A DNA stretch of 64,000 nt from Octopus vulgaris (Eukaryota). A model generated the notes under the pieces. The model searched no databases, was not told the origin of the DNA, and worked only from the letters and a program-made list of their open reading frames with translations. The DNA is taken from positions 39,742,001-39,806,000 of the forward strand of contig OX597838.1 of assembly GCA_951406725.2 (NCBI GenBank), given 5' to 3'. Positions 28,877 through 43,049 of the stretch are shown piece by piece. The position numbers were made by a program, and so were the translations under genes. Numbering within the stretch: position 1 is the first letter of the stretch; each line of letters begins with the position of its first letter.

Positions 28877-29665
28877 GGAGAGAGATATATATGTATATAT
28901 ACATATGTATATACACAGATATTTAAACATATAAGGGATGGCCATATTGGGACATCCGACTCACTAGAGAGAGCAGTTAAACTCCAAAAAATCGTAAAAG
29001 TGTGTCATGTCTGAATAATATATTCGAGAGTTACTTCCTTCGCATATTATAATTTAATGAAAGTAATTTAATACATGTAAAGAAAGTAACTCTGGAAGAT
29101 GTTATCTTATCTCCCTTCCGAGAGTTAATTTCCTTGCATAATATTTTATTGTTGTTAAATTATAATATTCAAGGGGAATAACTGTAGAATATACTTTGTA
29201 GTAATCTCACTTTAGTATGTAGTTATCGTAATATACACTTTGTCGCTCTTTGACTCTTTCAGTTATTTCACTGTGACCATGGTGGAACACCGCCTTTAGT
29301 CAAGCAAATCAACCCCATGAATTATTCTTTGTATGCCTATTACTTAATATATAGGTCTCTTTTGCAGAACCGATAAGTTACGGGGACGTAATGTTCGATG
29401 TACTGATTTAGGAGGTATTTATTTATTGTAAGAACTTCAATTATCATAAATTATGGGCTAGGAAAGATACTAGAAACTTTTTTGATATACCTATTGGGGC
29501 TCCTTGTGTGTGTGGGACTGTTTTTATTTATGTGAATGTGGGTATTTTCATTTCAGTGTTTGTGTGTGTGTGTGAGTGTTTTTTTTTCTGTGTGCGCGAG
29601 TGTGTGAGCGACTGAGTGTTTCTATTTGTTTGTGTGCGTGCGACACTTACAAATACAACAAACAC
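27575..29665. repeat. Diverged local direct duplication (27575-28270 vs 28920-29665)
   Basis: Both start taaacatataagggatggccata and carry the same truncated SINE and the same unique flanks. Confidence 0.9.
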
Positions 29666-29669
29666 ATAT

Positions 29670-30652
29670 ATACGACGGGATTCTTTCAATTTCCTTCAAC
29701 CAAATCCAATCACAAGGATTTTGTCGGCCCGGGGCTACAGTAGAAGACAATTGGACAAGATTCGAGGCAGTGGGAATGAAACTGAAACCATGTGGTTCGT
29801 AAGCACACTACTTACCACATAGCCATTCCTGCGCCGATATTCATATATACGACGGTCTTCTTTCAGTTTCCCTCTACCAACCCTACTTACAATACTTTGG
29901 TCGGCCCGGGGCTATGGTTGAATACACTTGCCGAAGGTGCGACGCTGTTGGATTGAACTCAGCACATTGCGGCTGGTGAGCAAACACTCTCACAGACAAT
30001 CCCGCGTGCAAACAGACACAGAGATGAAAGCATACATATTGGCTGACCCAGACACTCATAAAATTTCTTCAGAATGTGACGGTTTTAAGGTCAACATACT
30101 TAAAACATGAAATAGCTTTGCATGTATCTATGTGCATGTGTGCGGAAGTGTGGGTATTTGTGCGTGTGTGAGCACAGTCCACACATACCCAAGGTGGTCG
30201 CATCGGCTAATGTGATCCAACCGCGAAAGTCTGTTTCACCCACGAGACTTCCAGACCCCATCAACGAACTCATTTGCATACAACCAATCAGAGCGCATGT
30301 TGAACTTGTCAGTTTAACAAACATGATTTTTTTTGTGGAAAGTAGCTTGGTTACTAACCACATGGTTCTGGGTTCAGTCCCACTGCGTGGCACCTTGTGC
30401 AACTGTTGTCTACTATAGCTTCGTGCCGACCAAAGCCTTGTGAGTGGGTTTGTTGACGGATACTGAAAGAAGACTGCATGCATATGTAAATATATAGTCG
30501 CAGGAGTGCTTTGTAGTAAGTATATTGCCTACCAAAGACATGGTTTCTGGTTCACTCCCACTACGTGGCACCAATGGCAAGTGTTCTACTATAGCCTCTG
30601 ACAGACCAAAGCTTTGTGACTGGATTTAGTACACGGAAACAGAAAAGCTTGT
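29670..30652. mobile_element. Four SINE family 1 5' halves, two on minus then two on plus
   Basis: 29670-29835(-), 29850-30000(-), 30340-30480(+), 30495-30652(+). Confidence 0.75.
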
Positions 30653-30668
30653 CATATATATGAAAATA

Positions 30669-30716
<48 letters not shown>

Positions 30717-30727
30717 CTTTTCTCTTT

Positions 30728-30864
<137 letters not shown>

Positions 30865-31078
30865 GTGAAATAGAAAGATGAATAATCTTGTAGTAGATTA
30901 ATCAAAAGTTTAACCGATACCTTAGTAGCAAAAATCACAGCAGTAAAACAGCACGGTTGGAGGTACAACCATATGGTGTTGCAACCGTGCGTTGGTGCGG
31001 ATAATTGAAATTAGAACATTATTGGTGAATTGAAGAAATGGAGCTGAACGCAGATTGAACAGAAATCGTTTTATTTCA

Positions 31079-31158
31079 TTCTACACGTGTTTCGAAAGGC
31101 ACAAATTACCAAAATCCGATGGAATAATGGGACCATATTGTGTCTTTCTCTTCAGGAA
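31079..31158 (-). ncRNA. Inverted second copy of the same hammerhead
   Basis: Reverse complement of 32461-32540. Confidence 0.8.
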
Positions 31159-32460
31159 GAAAATAGGAAATCCGTTGGAAAAACAAAAACAGAACAGAGG
31201 CGGAGCAAAAACAAATCGAACTATGCTCCTAAGAGCCCATGGCGAAACTGTTTATCAGTGTATGTTGAGAACCGGTGGCTGAAGAATTCAACGGGTCAGG
31301 CATCGGTCAATCATGTGGGTGAGGGTGCGTAGATGTTCTTTGTGACCGAGGGGTTATTCCTATAGTTAATTGTGACGTAGTGGAAAATAGAGTAGTAAGC
31401 GGCTGCAGGTCTCGGAACGAATATAGTGACAGGAACGCAGTTCTAATTTCAGAAACTAATCCTAGCAGAATTAGATTCACGTCGGCGAACTCCAAGATCA
31501 AAAACGCCGTCTACCAATGCAAGGTTTACACGGACTCAGATGTCTTCACTTATGTAGGGGCCTCATCCTCAAGATTGTCTTTGCGTGTCTCCAACCATTA
31601 CGCAACTTTTCGGGACATGAACAAGCGCCAGACCACGGGACTCAGTAAGCTAATATGGCGACTGAAGGATACGAACTCAAGCTACAGGCTGGAATGGTCA
31701 ATTTTGTCGATGGCCCTCCCATTTGATAGGGGCAGAAGGCAGTGCAACCTTTGTGTCTCCGAACTCTTCCATATTTTGTTTGCCAGAGGCCGGATGGTAA
31801 ACGGGCTTTTACAGTCGGCTTTTCGATGCCCCCATTGGCGGCGTTACACTTATCTGGCTTTTAAATAGCGTTTATAAATAATACCGGCACCCATAGCCCT
31901 TGGTAACAAATTCTGAAATAGCCTTTAAGATATCTACGATTAACCACTGCAAGGGGAATTACTCCTGTAAGACAAACGGGGCTTGGTTTTTTCACAGCGG
32001 GGGGTTTCCTTGACAAGGCAGGCTTAGATGAACACACACACACATAAAACATGATATATATTTTTTTTTTCTGCCACCCAACGGTTATCACGGCAGTAGC
32101 CACTGACAGCCGAACGATCAAACGCACACACGTACACAAAATATGTTTTCTACCCCTACGCCAACACACACATATATAGAACAGTATACACACACACACG
32201 TCTCTAAGTAGATTTTTTCTCGCCCCTTATAAAACATCCAATATTCCTTAAATAGTCAGAACTTTATTCTCGGTCACAAAGAACATCTACGCACCCTCAC
32301 CCACATGATTGACCGATGCCTGACCCGTTGAATTCTTCAGCCACCGGTTCTCAACATACACTGATAAACAGTTTCGCCATGGGCTCTTAGGAGCATAGTT
32401 CGATTTGTTTTTGCTCCGCCTCTGTTCTGTTTTTGTTTTTCCAACGGATTTCCTATTTTC

Positions 32461-32540
32461 TTCCTGAAGAGAAAGACACAATATGGTCCCATTATTCCAT
32501 CGGATTTTGGTAATTTGTGCCTTTCGAAACACGTGTAGAA
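32461..32540 (+). ncRNA. Type I hammerhead ribozyme in the pLTR
   Basis: ttc-CTGAAGA-gaaagacacaa...ttgtgcctttc-GAAA-cacgtg-TA-gaa: stem II 10/11 bp, palindromic stem III (ACACGTGT). Confidence 0.8.
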
Positions 32541-32593
32541 TGAAATAAAACGATTTCTGTTCAATCTGCGTTCAGCTCCATTTCTTCAATTCA

Positions 32594-32642
<49 letters not shown>

Positions 32643-33604
32643 TGTGTATGTATGTATGTGTATATGACCTGTGTACAACTCAAAATAATTATTAACAAAA
32701 TAATGATTTTTGTTTACTCTAATAAATCTTGATATCATTTCTGACGAATTCTTGTTGATTTTCAATACTAATATTGTCTGAACTTGAACTATATGGTTGG
32801 GAAGCAAACATCAAAGTACCCACCCTCTATCTACTGGAAGAGAAATACTTATAGTACTATCAAAAATTCATATATGGGTGCATATCTCGTAAGTTTAGAT
32901 AATACTGGCAGCGCTGACAGGAACAGTGGCCTCTCCCGAACCTGTAACCGATACATCAGCTCTCTCCCAAAAGACGACATCTTTGCTTTCTATAAAATGG
33001 AGATAACTTATAAAAATATGACATAAAATACCAATAAACCTATACCTATAATTGTTAAATGTTCCACATCGGCGTGGATGGTATCCTCTATATCATCAGC
33101 TGATGTCTGAAAATATCCCAAATTACTACGCTCCCATGGGACGTGACATTGTCTCTAAAATCGCTTACTATGCTGTGTGGAGGAAGGATTGTCCTGATAA
33201 CATTCCCAGAGGCATATCAAAACGAGAATGTATTCTTTTAAAAATAGAAAATATTGATAGAAAATTCAAGTGAAAACTGCAACGCAGTGTAAACATAATA
33301 AGCGATATATTCTTCTGACAAATAGAAAAAATGGCATCCAATGCCGTAGAAATCCCGTACCCATCAGATTTCGGGTAGAAGGAGACCATCAATGGAGAAT
33401 ATGGGAGAAATTGCCAGCTGCTATATCCATGCTATAAATTTTCATTTGTATCCATTTTAATTGGTGCACTGGACCACGTAGCATTAAATTTGGGGAAAAA
33501 ATTAGAAAAGGTATATGGAATGTGCACACGTGCACATACACACACATGCTCTTAAATAATAATGGAACTCATACACTTGTGCACTAATTTGAAGTTCACA
33601 AACA

Positions 33605-34855
33605 AAATGAGTTTGCAGCAATGGACCAGGTTAACAGAGAAGTGGAAAGACTGCAAAGTCTCGGTATAATTGAACAGAATGACCACCCAGACTGGGCAAC
33701 ACCGACGGTTTACGTGAAAAAGAATGACAAACGAAAAGTTTGTGCAGATATTTCAACAAGGATGAACGATTTTTTAGTCGCTCATACTCGCTCATACTGG
33801 CTTATAGTAAATTTCAGTGGCTTCCATTTGGTTTGGAGGTAAAGTGTGAATTCTTGTCAAATATAGATCAAATACTTAGGACAAGTAGTTGATGATAATG
33901 GAACGTAATTTGTGTCTAGGAATCTCTAAAAAAAGTGTGAAATGTTCGCCAGATCTACTGCCCCAGATCTAATGGACAGGCAGAACACTTTGTTGACACC
34001 TTCAAAAGAGCTTTAAGAAAATAAAGTAAGGAAAACACGGATTAGATAGCTCTTCAATTTTTAAAAGTGTACTGTTTAATACCAAATGTGAATATACCAA
34101 CAGATAGCTCAGTAGTGGAGCTGATGTTTGTAAGGAAAGGAAAGTCGGTTTTTGATAAATTGCTACATGGTAAGAAAAGAAAAAATGCCAAGGAAGACAT
34201 AACAAGATTTGTCTTTTTAAAGTTGGTGATAAGGTGTATGTATTTGAGGACATACAAAAATGGAAAACAGAACTGGGCAGAAAGCGAAATTACCAAATAC
34301 ATAGGTAAAACGATGTATTGGGTAAAAAGTAGATAAACCATAGAGAAAGACACAGGAACCAACTGAAAAATGGATTCGTGGAAAGCGAATCAAAGAAATT
34401 GGAGGAAACGATGATGGAATGGTTGTATGTTATGTTCCAAGTACCAACGCCACTGCAGGCGATTGAACCCAGGTGTATATTGAAAGGAAAAGAAAAGTTC
34501 CTGAAAATAGATGCCCAAAAGATAAAAATATTAAATTGTTCGAAAAACAAAGGAATCTAAAAAAAAGGGAGGTAGGGTAAATGAAAATATTAGTGCTAAA
34601 TAAAATGACACTTCGTAAGAAAAACTTAAAAGGGAAGATGTAGCCCAATATCAAATTCGGGGTCCTTCACTCCGACGTGACGAGTGGAACGAGTGGTCAC
34701 TATAAGTAAGGTGATATCGGCCAGTATCGAGAGAGTACGTAGAGTATGAGAATACGTTTTAGACTGTGTTGATAGCCGTGTTAAAAAACTATACTACGAT
34801 ACCCGAAGCGGGTGTATGAATATACAGACATATAAATGATATAACAGTGACAACA
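33605..34855 (+). mobile_element. Ty3/Gypsy relic: RT and integrase fragments, PPT and 3' LTR (34639-34855)
   Basis: VNREVERLQSLGIIE...WATPTVYVKK..VCAD (RT N-terminus); Y.NG..WA....IGKTMY.V (integrase C-terminus); purine tract aaaagggaaga then TGTAG...CAACA. Confidence 0.8.
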
Positions 34856-34872
34856 CAAGTTACGATAGATAA

Positions 34873-34917
<45 letters not shown>

Positions 34918-35355
34918 ATAATAAAGGGTAAAATCGTAAATGATTTTTACCAAGTGGTCATATATATATATATCACGTGATCACGTGACCGACCAGACTA
35001 TCAGATGTTGTTACACATCGCTGGTCACAATGCGTTCGCATTGTTTTAGCCTTCGAATGACGCCACCCCGCTGGCTAAGCGAGCAGGCCAACAGAAGAAA
35101 GAGTGGTGAAATAGTACAGCAGGGATCCCCACCCCCTGCCGGAGTCGCATGGTGCTTTTTTAGGTGTTTTCGCTCAATAAACACTCCCAACGCCTGGTCT
35201 GGGAACGAAACCGCGATCCTAACCACTGGGCCATTGCACCTCCACACACACACACATACACACACAACTGCTGCTTGAGTGGTTACGTCACCGTAATCTA
35301 GCTGTTCGACAAAAGGAACCGCTAGAAAAAGTACTTTTTAAAGCCAAATACTTAT

Positions 35356-35459
35356 TCTATCGGTCTCTTTTGCCTAACCGCTGGCTTACGGTGACGTAAA
35401 CACACCAGCATCGGTTGTCAAGCGATGTTGGGGGGACAAACACAGACACATAAACATAT

Positions 35460-35515
<56 letters not shown>

Positions 35516-35686
35516 GCATAACCGACGGGCTTCTTTCAGCTTCCGTCTACGAAATCCACTCACAAGGTTTTGGTCGGCCCGAGGCTATAGTAGAAGACAC
35601 TTGCCCAAGGTGCCACGCAGTGAGACTGAACCCGGAACCATGTGGTTGTTTAGCAAGCTACTTACCACACAGCCACTCCTGCGCCT
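35356..35686 (-). mobile_element. SINE family 1 spanning the inner end of the left arm
   Basis: 3' part lies inside the arm, 5' head lies in the spacer. Confidence 0.85.
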
Positions 35687-35854
35687 ATATTTACATACAT
35701 ATAATGTAATAAATTTAAAAAACCAATTTCTGTGTGTCGGTGTGTCACGCTTCGAACCCCCTCTCACTATTCAATAATACTCCTACTATTCCTCATGATG
35801 GTGTGAAAGTAATAGTAGACATAGAGACGGTGAAGGTGGTGGCGAATACGGACA

Positions 35855-35918
<64 letters not shown>

Positions 35919-36630
35919 AAAGTGTGTGAAAGAGAGACAAAGAAATTTAGGGAGAGTTGATGTTTATACACAGAAGATGGTTTGGCATAGAAGTAAACTA
36001 AGAATGACCCCAGGAAGATATATTTCTTTATTGCCCACAAGAGGCTAAACATAGAGGGGGCAGACAAAAGGATTAAGTCAATTACATAGACTCCAGTGCC
36101 TAACTGGTACTTAATTTATCGACCCCGAGAGGATGAAAGGCAAAGTCAACCTCGGCGGAATGTGAACTCACAACGTAACGGCAGAAGATAGGAATGGCAT
36201 CTGATGCCAGCTCCAGTTGCTTATGAGTGACTATAGGCCCCATTGTTTCATTCAGATGTTTTATTAAAAGTAGTAGTGTTGATGGTGGCAGCGGGAGTAA
36301 TATTAAGAGAGATAGAAAGAGGGACTGAACACTGACCTAACATGTTGAAGTAACATACTGAACAAACACATACATTTAGCCTTTTTGTGACGGCAACGGG
36401 GTCGTAGTAATAGTATGAGCTGTAGCTGGGAGAGAGGCGGAAGCAGCGGCGATGGTGGTGGTGGTGGTGGTGGTGGTGGTCAGAGATGGAGGTGAGAATA
36501 AGCGGTGTGAAAGACAGTGGTGATGGTGGTGGAGGGGAAGGCGGCGAAATCAAAGGTGGCGTCCAGAAGTCTGAATGGTGTGTGTATAGCAGTTGTGGTG
36601 ACGATGGTGGCGGTGGTGGTACTGGTGATA

Positions 36631-37340
36631 AGGCGGCGAGCTGGCAGAAACGTTAGCACGCCGGGCGAAATGCTTAGCGGTATTTCGTCTGCGTTACGTT
36701 GTGAGTTCAAATTCCGCTGAGGTCGACTTTGCCTTTCATCCTTTCGGGGTCGATAAATTAAGTAACAGTTACGCACTGGGGTCGATGTAATCGACTTAAT
36801 ACCTATGTCTGTCCTTGTTTGTCCCCTCTGTGTTTAGCCCCTTGTGGGTAATAAAGAAATAGGTATTTCGTCTGCCGTTACGTTGTGAGTTCAAATTCCG
36901 CCGAGGTCGACTTTGCCTTTCATCCTTTCGGGGTCGATTAAATAAGTACCAGTTACGCACTGGGGTCGATGTAATCAACTTAATCCGTTTGTCTGTCCTT
37001 GTTTGTCCCTTCTGTGTTTAGCCCCTTGTGGGTAGTAAAGAAATAGGTATTTCGTCTGTCTTTACGTTCTGAGTTCAGATTCCGCGGCGATCGACTTAAC
37101 CTTTCATTCTTAAGGGCGGCGAGCTGGCAGAAACGTTAGCACGCCGGGCGAAATGCGTAGCTGTATTTCGTCTGTCGTCACGTTCCGAGTTCAAATTCCG
37201 CCGAGGTCGACTTTGCCTTTCATCCTTTCGGGGTCGATAAATTAAGTACCAGTTACACACTGGGGTCGATATAATCGACTTAATCCGTTCGTCTGTCCTT
37301 GTTTGTCCCGTCTGTGTTTAGCCCCTTGTGGGTAGTAAAG

Positions 37341-37343
<3 letters not shown>
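36631..37343 (+). mobile_element. Tandem array of Nin/Deu-like SINE units
   Basis: Full unit, headless unit, short partial unit, then a second full unit; internal junctions read aaagaaata|ggtatttcgtctg. Confidence 0.9.
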
Positions 37344-37424
<81 letters not shown>

Positions 37425-37970
37425 ATATGTTTGTGTGGCTGTGTTTGTTCCCCCAACATCGCTTGACAACCGATGCTGGTGTGTTTACGTCACCGTAAGC
37501 CAGCGGTTAGGCAAAAGAGACCGATAGAATAAGTATTTGGCTTTAAAAAGTACTTTTTCTAGCGGTTCCTTTTGTCGAACAGCTAGATTACGGTGACGTA
37601 ACCACTCAAGCAGCAGTTGTGTGTGTATGTGTGTGTGTGTGGAGGTGCAATGGCCCAGTGGTTAGGATCGCGGTTTCGTTCCCAGACCAGGCGTTGGGAG
37701 TGTTTATTGAGCGAAAACACCTAAAAAAGCACCATGCGACTCCGGCAGGGGGTGGGGGTCCCTGCTGTACTATTTCACCACTCTTTCTTCTGTTGGCCTG
37801 CTCGCTTAGCCAGCGGGGTGGCGTCATTCGAAGGCTAAAACAATGCGAACGCATTGTGACCAGCGATGTGTAACAACATCTGATAGTCTGGTCGGTCACG
37901 TGATCACGTGATATATATATATATATATGACCACTTGGTAAAAATCATTTACGATTTTACCCTTTATTAT

Positions 37971-38043
<73 letters not shown>

Positions 38044-38060
38044 TTATCTATCGTAACTTG

Positions 38061-39311
38061 TGTTGTCACTGTTATATCATTTATATGTCTGTATATTCAT
38101 ACACCCGCTTCGGGTATCGTAGTATAGTTTTTTAACACGGCTATCAACACAGTCTAAAACGTATTCTCATACTCTACGTACTCTCTCGATACTGGCCGAT
38201 ATCACATTACTTATAGTGACCACTCGTTCCACTCGTCACGTCGGAGTGAAGGACCCCGAATTTGATATTGGGCTACATCTTCCCTTTTAAGTTTTTCTTA
38301 CGAAGTGTCATTTTATTTAGCACTAATATTTTCATTTACCCTACCTCCCTTTTTTTGAGATTCCTTTGTTTTTCGAACAATTTAATATTTTTATCTTTTG
38401 GGCATCTATTTTCAGGAACTTTTCTTTTCCTTTCAATATACACCTGGGTTCAATCGCCTGCAGTGGCGTTGGTACTTGGAACATAACATACAACCATTCC
38501 ATCATCGTTTCCTCCAATTTCTTTGATTCGCTTTCCACGAATCCATTTTTCAGTTGGTTCCTGTGTCTTTCTCTACGGTTTATCTACTTTTTACCCAATA
38601 CATCGTTTTACCTATGTATTTGGTAATTTCGCTTTCTGCCCAGTTCTGTTTTCCATTTTTGTATGTCCTCAAATACATACACCTTATCACCAACTTTAAA
38701 AAGACAAATCTTGTTATGTCTTCCTTGGCATTTTTTCTTTTCTTACCATGTAGCAATTTATCAAAAACCGACTTTCCTTTCCTTACAAACATCAGCTCCA
38801 CTGGTGAGCTATCTGTTGGTATATTCACATTTGGTATTAAACAGTACACTTTTAAAAATTGAAGAGCTATCTAATCCGTGTTTTCCTTACTTTATTTTCT
38901 TAAAGCTCTTTTGAAGGTGTCAACAAAGTGTTCTGCCTGTCCATTAGATCTGGGGCAGTAGATCTGGCGAACATTTCACAATTTGTTTAGAGATTCCTAG
39001 ACACAAATTACGTTCCATTATCATCAACTACTTGTCCTAAGTATTTGATCTATATTTGACAAGAATTCACACTTTACCTCCAAACCAAATGGAAGCCACT
39101 GAAATTTACTATAAGCCAGTATGATCGAGTATGAGCGACTAAAAAATCGTTCATCCTTGTTGAAATATCTGCACAAACTTTTCGTTTGTCATTCTTTTTC
39201 ACGTAAACCGTCGGTGTTGCCCAGTCTGGGTGGTCATTCTGTTCAATTATACCGAGACTTTGCAGTCTTTCCACTTCTCTGTTAACCTGGTCCATTGCTG
39301 CAAACTCATTT
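38061..39311 (-). mobile_element. Mirror copy of the Gypsy relic
   Basis: Reverse complement of 33605-34855. Confidence 0.8.
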
Positions 39312-40275
39312 TGTTTGTGAACTTCAAATTAGTGCACAAGTGTATGAGTTCCATTATTATTTAAGAGCATGTGTGTGTATGTGCACGTGTGCACATTCCA
39401 TATACCTTTTCTAATTTTTTTCCCCAAATTTAATGCTACGTGGTCCAGTGCACCAATTAAAATGGATACAAATGAAAATTTATAGCATGGATATAGCAGC
39501 TGGCAATTTCTCCCATATTCTCCATTGATGGTCTCCTTCTACCCGAAATCTGATGGGTACGGGATTTCTACGGCATTGGATGCCATTTTTTCTATTTGTC
39601 AGAAGAATATATCGCTTATTATGTTTACACTGCGTTGCAGTTTTCACTTGAATTTTCTATCAATATTTTCTATTTTTAAAAGAATACATTCTCGTTTTGA
39701 TATGCCTCTGGGAATGTTATCAGGACAATCCTTCCTCCACACAACATAGTAAGCGATTTTAGAGACAATGTCACGTCCCATGGGAGCTTAGTAATTTAGG
39801 ATATTTTCAGACATCTGCTGATGATATAGAGGATACCATCCACGCCGATGTGGAACATTTAACAATTATAGGTATAGGTTTATTGGTATTTTATGTCATA
39901 TTTTTATGAGTTATCTCCATTTTATAGAAAGCAAAGATGTCGTCTTTTGGGAGAGAACTGATGTATCGGTTACAGGTTCGGGAGAGGCCACTGTTCCTGT
40001 CAGCGCTGCCAGTATTATCTAAACTTACGAGATATGCACCCATATATGAATTTTTTATAGTACTATAAGTATTTCTCTTCCAGTAGATAGAGGGTGGGTA
40101 CTTTGATGTTTGCTTCCTAACCATATAGTTCAAGTTCAGACAATATTAGTATTGAAAATCAACAAGAATTCGTCAGAAATGATATCAAGATTTATTAGAG
40201 TAAACAAAATCATTATTTTGTTAATAATTATTTTGAGTTGTACACGGGTCATATACATACATACATACATACACA

Positions 40276-40418
<143 letters not shown>

Positions 40419-40626
40419 TATACGTATATGTATGCTTATGTGTATGAATATAAATATATGTATATATGTGTGTGTATGCATGTGCAAGTGTGCGTACGTG
40501 CGTGTGTATGCTCTTCCGGACAACATGCCTGAAAAAATGTCAGTATTTTCCCCAGGCTATATTCCACACGAAACCAACCAACGATAACATAACTGGTTAT
40601 GACATAATACAATATATTGACTGGCA

Positions 40627-40668
<42 letters not shown>

Positions 40669-41295
40669 ACTAGCAATATATATATATGCATATATATACA
40701 TATATATATACACTCACACACTCACACATATATATATATATATATATGTGTATATGTGTGTTTGTGTGTGTAAATTTTTCTCTCACTTACTCTCTCGCAC
40801 ACACATACGCAGGCATGTATGTATGGATTTTAGTCTGTACGTATGTGTATATGTGTATGTATGTGTGTGTGTGTGTGTGTGTGTATGCGTGTGTGCGTGT
40901 GTGTATTTATCTGTCAGTGCGTGTGTATACATGATTATAGGCACAAGTTGTAAGAAGTGAGTTGCTTCAATTGTTGATACTTTTCCGAAACACTGTTGTT
41001 GTTGTTGTTGTTGTTGTTGTTATTATTGTTATTATTGTTACACTAGTGCATGTTAATTTAGTTAACAGATATTTTATGTTGAGGTTTGGTGACAACAAAT
41101 CTCAAATCTCAAGATCCTTTCTGAGGATCCTTCAAGAAGATAAGGTAAGTTGCTGTGTCACTTATGATTAACAATGATATATTGTGTGGAAAATTGACCA
41201 GAATTTAAGAAATAAAGTTCTGTTAAAGTTGTGATATTTTCAGCTTTAAAAGTATTTTAAGAGAATCAGGTATTTTCAGGTCGACAATGTTTTAC

Positions 41296-41381
<86 letters not shown>

Positions 41382-41384
41382 CAT

Positions 41385-41526
41385 TCAGTAGTTTTAGTTT
41401 TATAACTTGCTTTCACTTCACTATCGAGCGCAGCTCTGTGTGCCTTGGGTATGTGCAGTGATTTGTTGTGATGCTCTGATGGTTATTGATGGTTATTACT
41501 GTTCTGCGTAGGATGTGTGCAGTGCC

Positions 41527-41527
<1 letters not shown>
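41385..41527 (-). mobile_element. R4/Dong family C extreme 3' end
   Basis: GTAHILRRT plus a 3' UTR homologous to 55460-55580; flanked by TAA tracts. Confidence 0.75.
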
Positions 41528-41587
<60 letters not shown>

Positions 41588-41679
41588 GTTGTTGTTGTTG
41601 TTGTTGTCATCTTTGTTGTCGTCGTCGTCGTTGTTGTTGCTTTTGTAGTTGTCGTTATTGTTGTTGTTGTTGTTTTGTT

Positions 41680-41685
41680 TTTATT
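41680..41685 (-). terminator. Candidate AATAAA poly(A) signal for the STC-like gene
   Basis: AATAAA on the minus strand about 100 nt after the stop codon; the context is AT-rich, so support is weak. Confidence 0.25.
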
Positions 41686-41787
41686 CTTGTTATTATTATT
41701 GATGGCACGGCTTAATGACGAAATCAATCAAACAGATTTATACTACTCAGAAACTTGATATATTGTTCATTACATCTTTCCCTTTTG

Positions 41788-41887
41788 TCAGTCGTCATGA
41801 ATGGTGTGAGAGTTGATCCATTTTGCTAATTCCGCAGCACTTGGTTGTGAGCAATTTGAAGCAATGAGTGCTATATTATACCACAAC
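41788..41887 (-). CDS. STC: Stanniocalcin-family gene, terminal coding exon (100 nt including TGA)
   Basis: Polypyrimidine acceptor gtcttgctttctttcttttgaag. The phase-2 start completes TGG and gives W|LWYNIALIASNCSQPSAAELAKWINSHTIHDD*, placing the 10th Cys after 11 residues, as in STC1 R|YYNRLVRSLLEC. Confidence 0.85.
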
Positions 41888-42199
41888 CTTCAAAAGAAAG
41901 AAAGCAAGACATTAATACTGGTTTGTTATCCAACTACCCGCGAGAGCATTTGTTGTTGGTAGAACTGTCCTAAATTCGTCCTAATCAAGCAAACCTATGT
42001 TAAAATGATCCAACCCATAACGAACACGCATCGTTTTCAGCAACAATGCCCCAACTCTAGGCTACATTATTTTGTAGTGTTCGTTTTGAAGACTTGTATG
42101 AAGTGATATGAGAGAGATATGGCTGCTACTTCTAATAATCTTAATGACCACATAAAGGCGTCCTCTTTTACTCATCCAACATGTGTATGCACGTATTAC

Positions 42200-42606
42200 T
42201 CTTTTACTCTTTTACTTGTTTCAGTCATTTGACTGCGGCCATGCTGGAGCACCGCCTTTAGTCGAGCAAATCGACCCCAGGACTTATTCTTTGTAAGCCC
42301 AGTACTTATTCTATCGGTCTCTTTTGCCAAACCGCTAAGTAACGGGGACGTAAACACACCAAGATCGGTTGTCAAGCAATGCTAGGGGGACAAACACAGA
42401 CACACAAACACACACACATACATATATATGTATACATATATACGACAGGCTTCTTTCAGTTTCCGTCTACCAAATTCACTCACAAGGCATTGGTCGGCCC
42501 GGGGCTATAGCAGAAGACACTTGCCCAAGATTCCACGTAGTGGGACTGAACCCGGAACCATGTGGTTGGTAAACAAGCTACTTACCACACAGCCACTCCT
42601 GCGCCT
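42200..42606 (-). mobile_element. SINE family 1, full copy
   Basis: Complete head to tail; tail ends in (aaaagagt) repeats. Confidence 0.92.
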
Positions 42607-43049
42607 GTATATATGTTTGTATACATGTATGTATGTGTGTGTCTTTGATCCTTTTTTTTGTTTATTTCAGTCATTAGATTGCATCTATACTGGAGCACCG
42701 CAGTGAACAATTTTAGTCGAATGAATCCACTCCCAGTATTTATTTATTTTTTTAAGACTGTTACTTAATTAATCAGTATCTTTTGCCGATCCACTAATTT
42801 ACAAAGTGGCGTGGCGATTCACACTGTTCAATGTTCGTCCATTTGAATCTTGTGGATATTGTTGGACAGCTGCTGTCACGTGTCGGATAATCTGGCTGTC
42901 TGCCGAGTCTTCATTTCGGGTGCTGGACAGGATATTTGAAGGCATCCGCAACTTAGATATTCCGATATCTAGGAATATGCTAACAAATGCTGGTAACGTT
43001 CAAAACAACAGTGACACTGATATCATTCATGTTCAGTGAACAGACAGAT

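Noticed and set aside
31869-32460. SECIS element (some Naiad elements encode selenoproteins)
   Set aside because: No in-frame TGA in the retained ORF and no convincing AUGA/AA/GA hairpin seen by eye.
36631-37343. CRISPR-like array or tRNA gene cluster
   Set aside because: Eukaryotic context; the units are SINE copies without unique spacers, and the heads do not form full cloverleafs.
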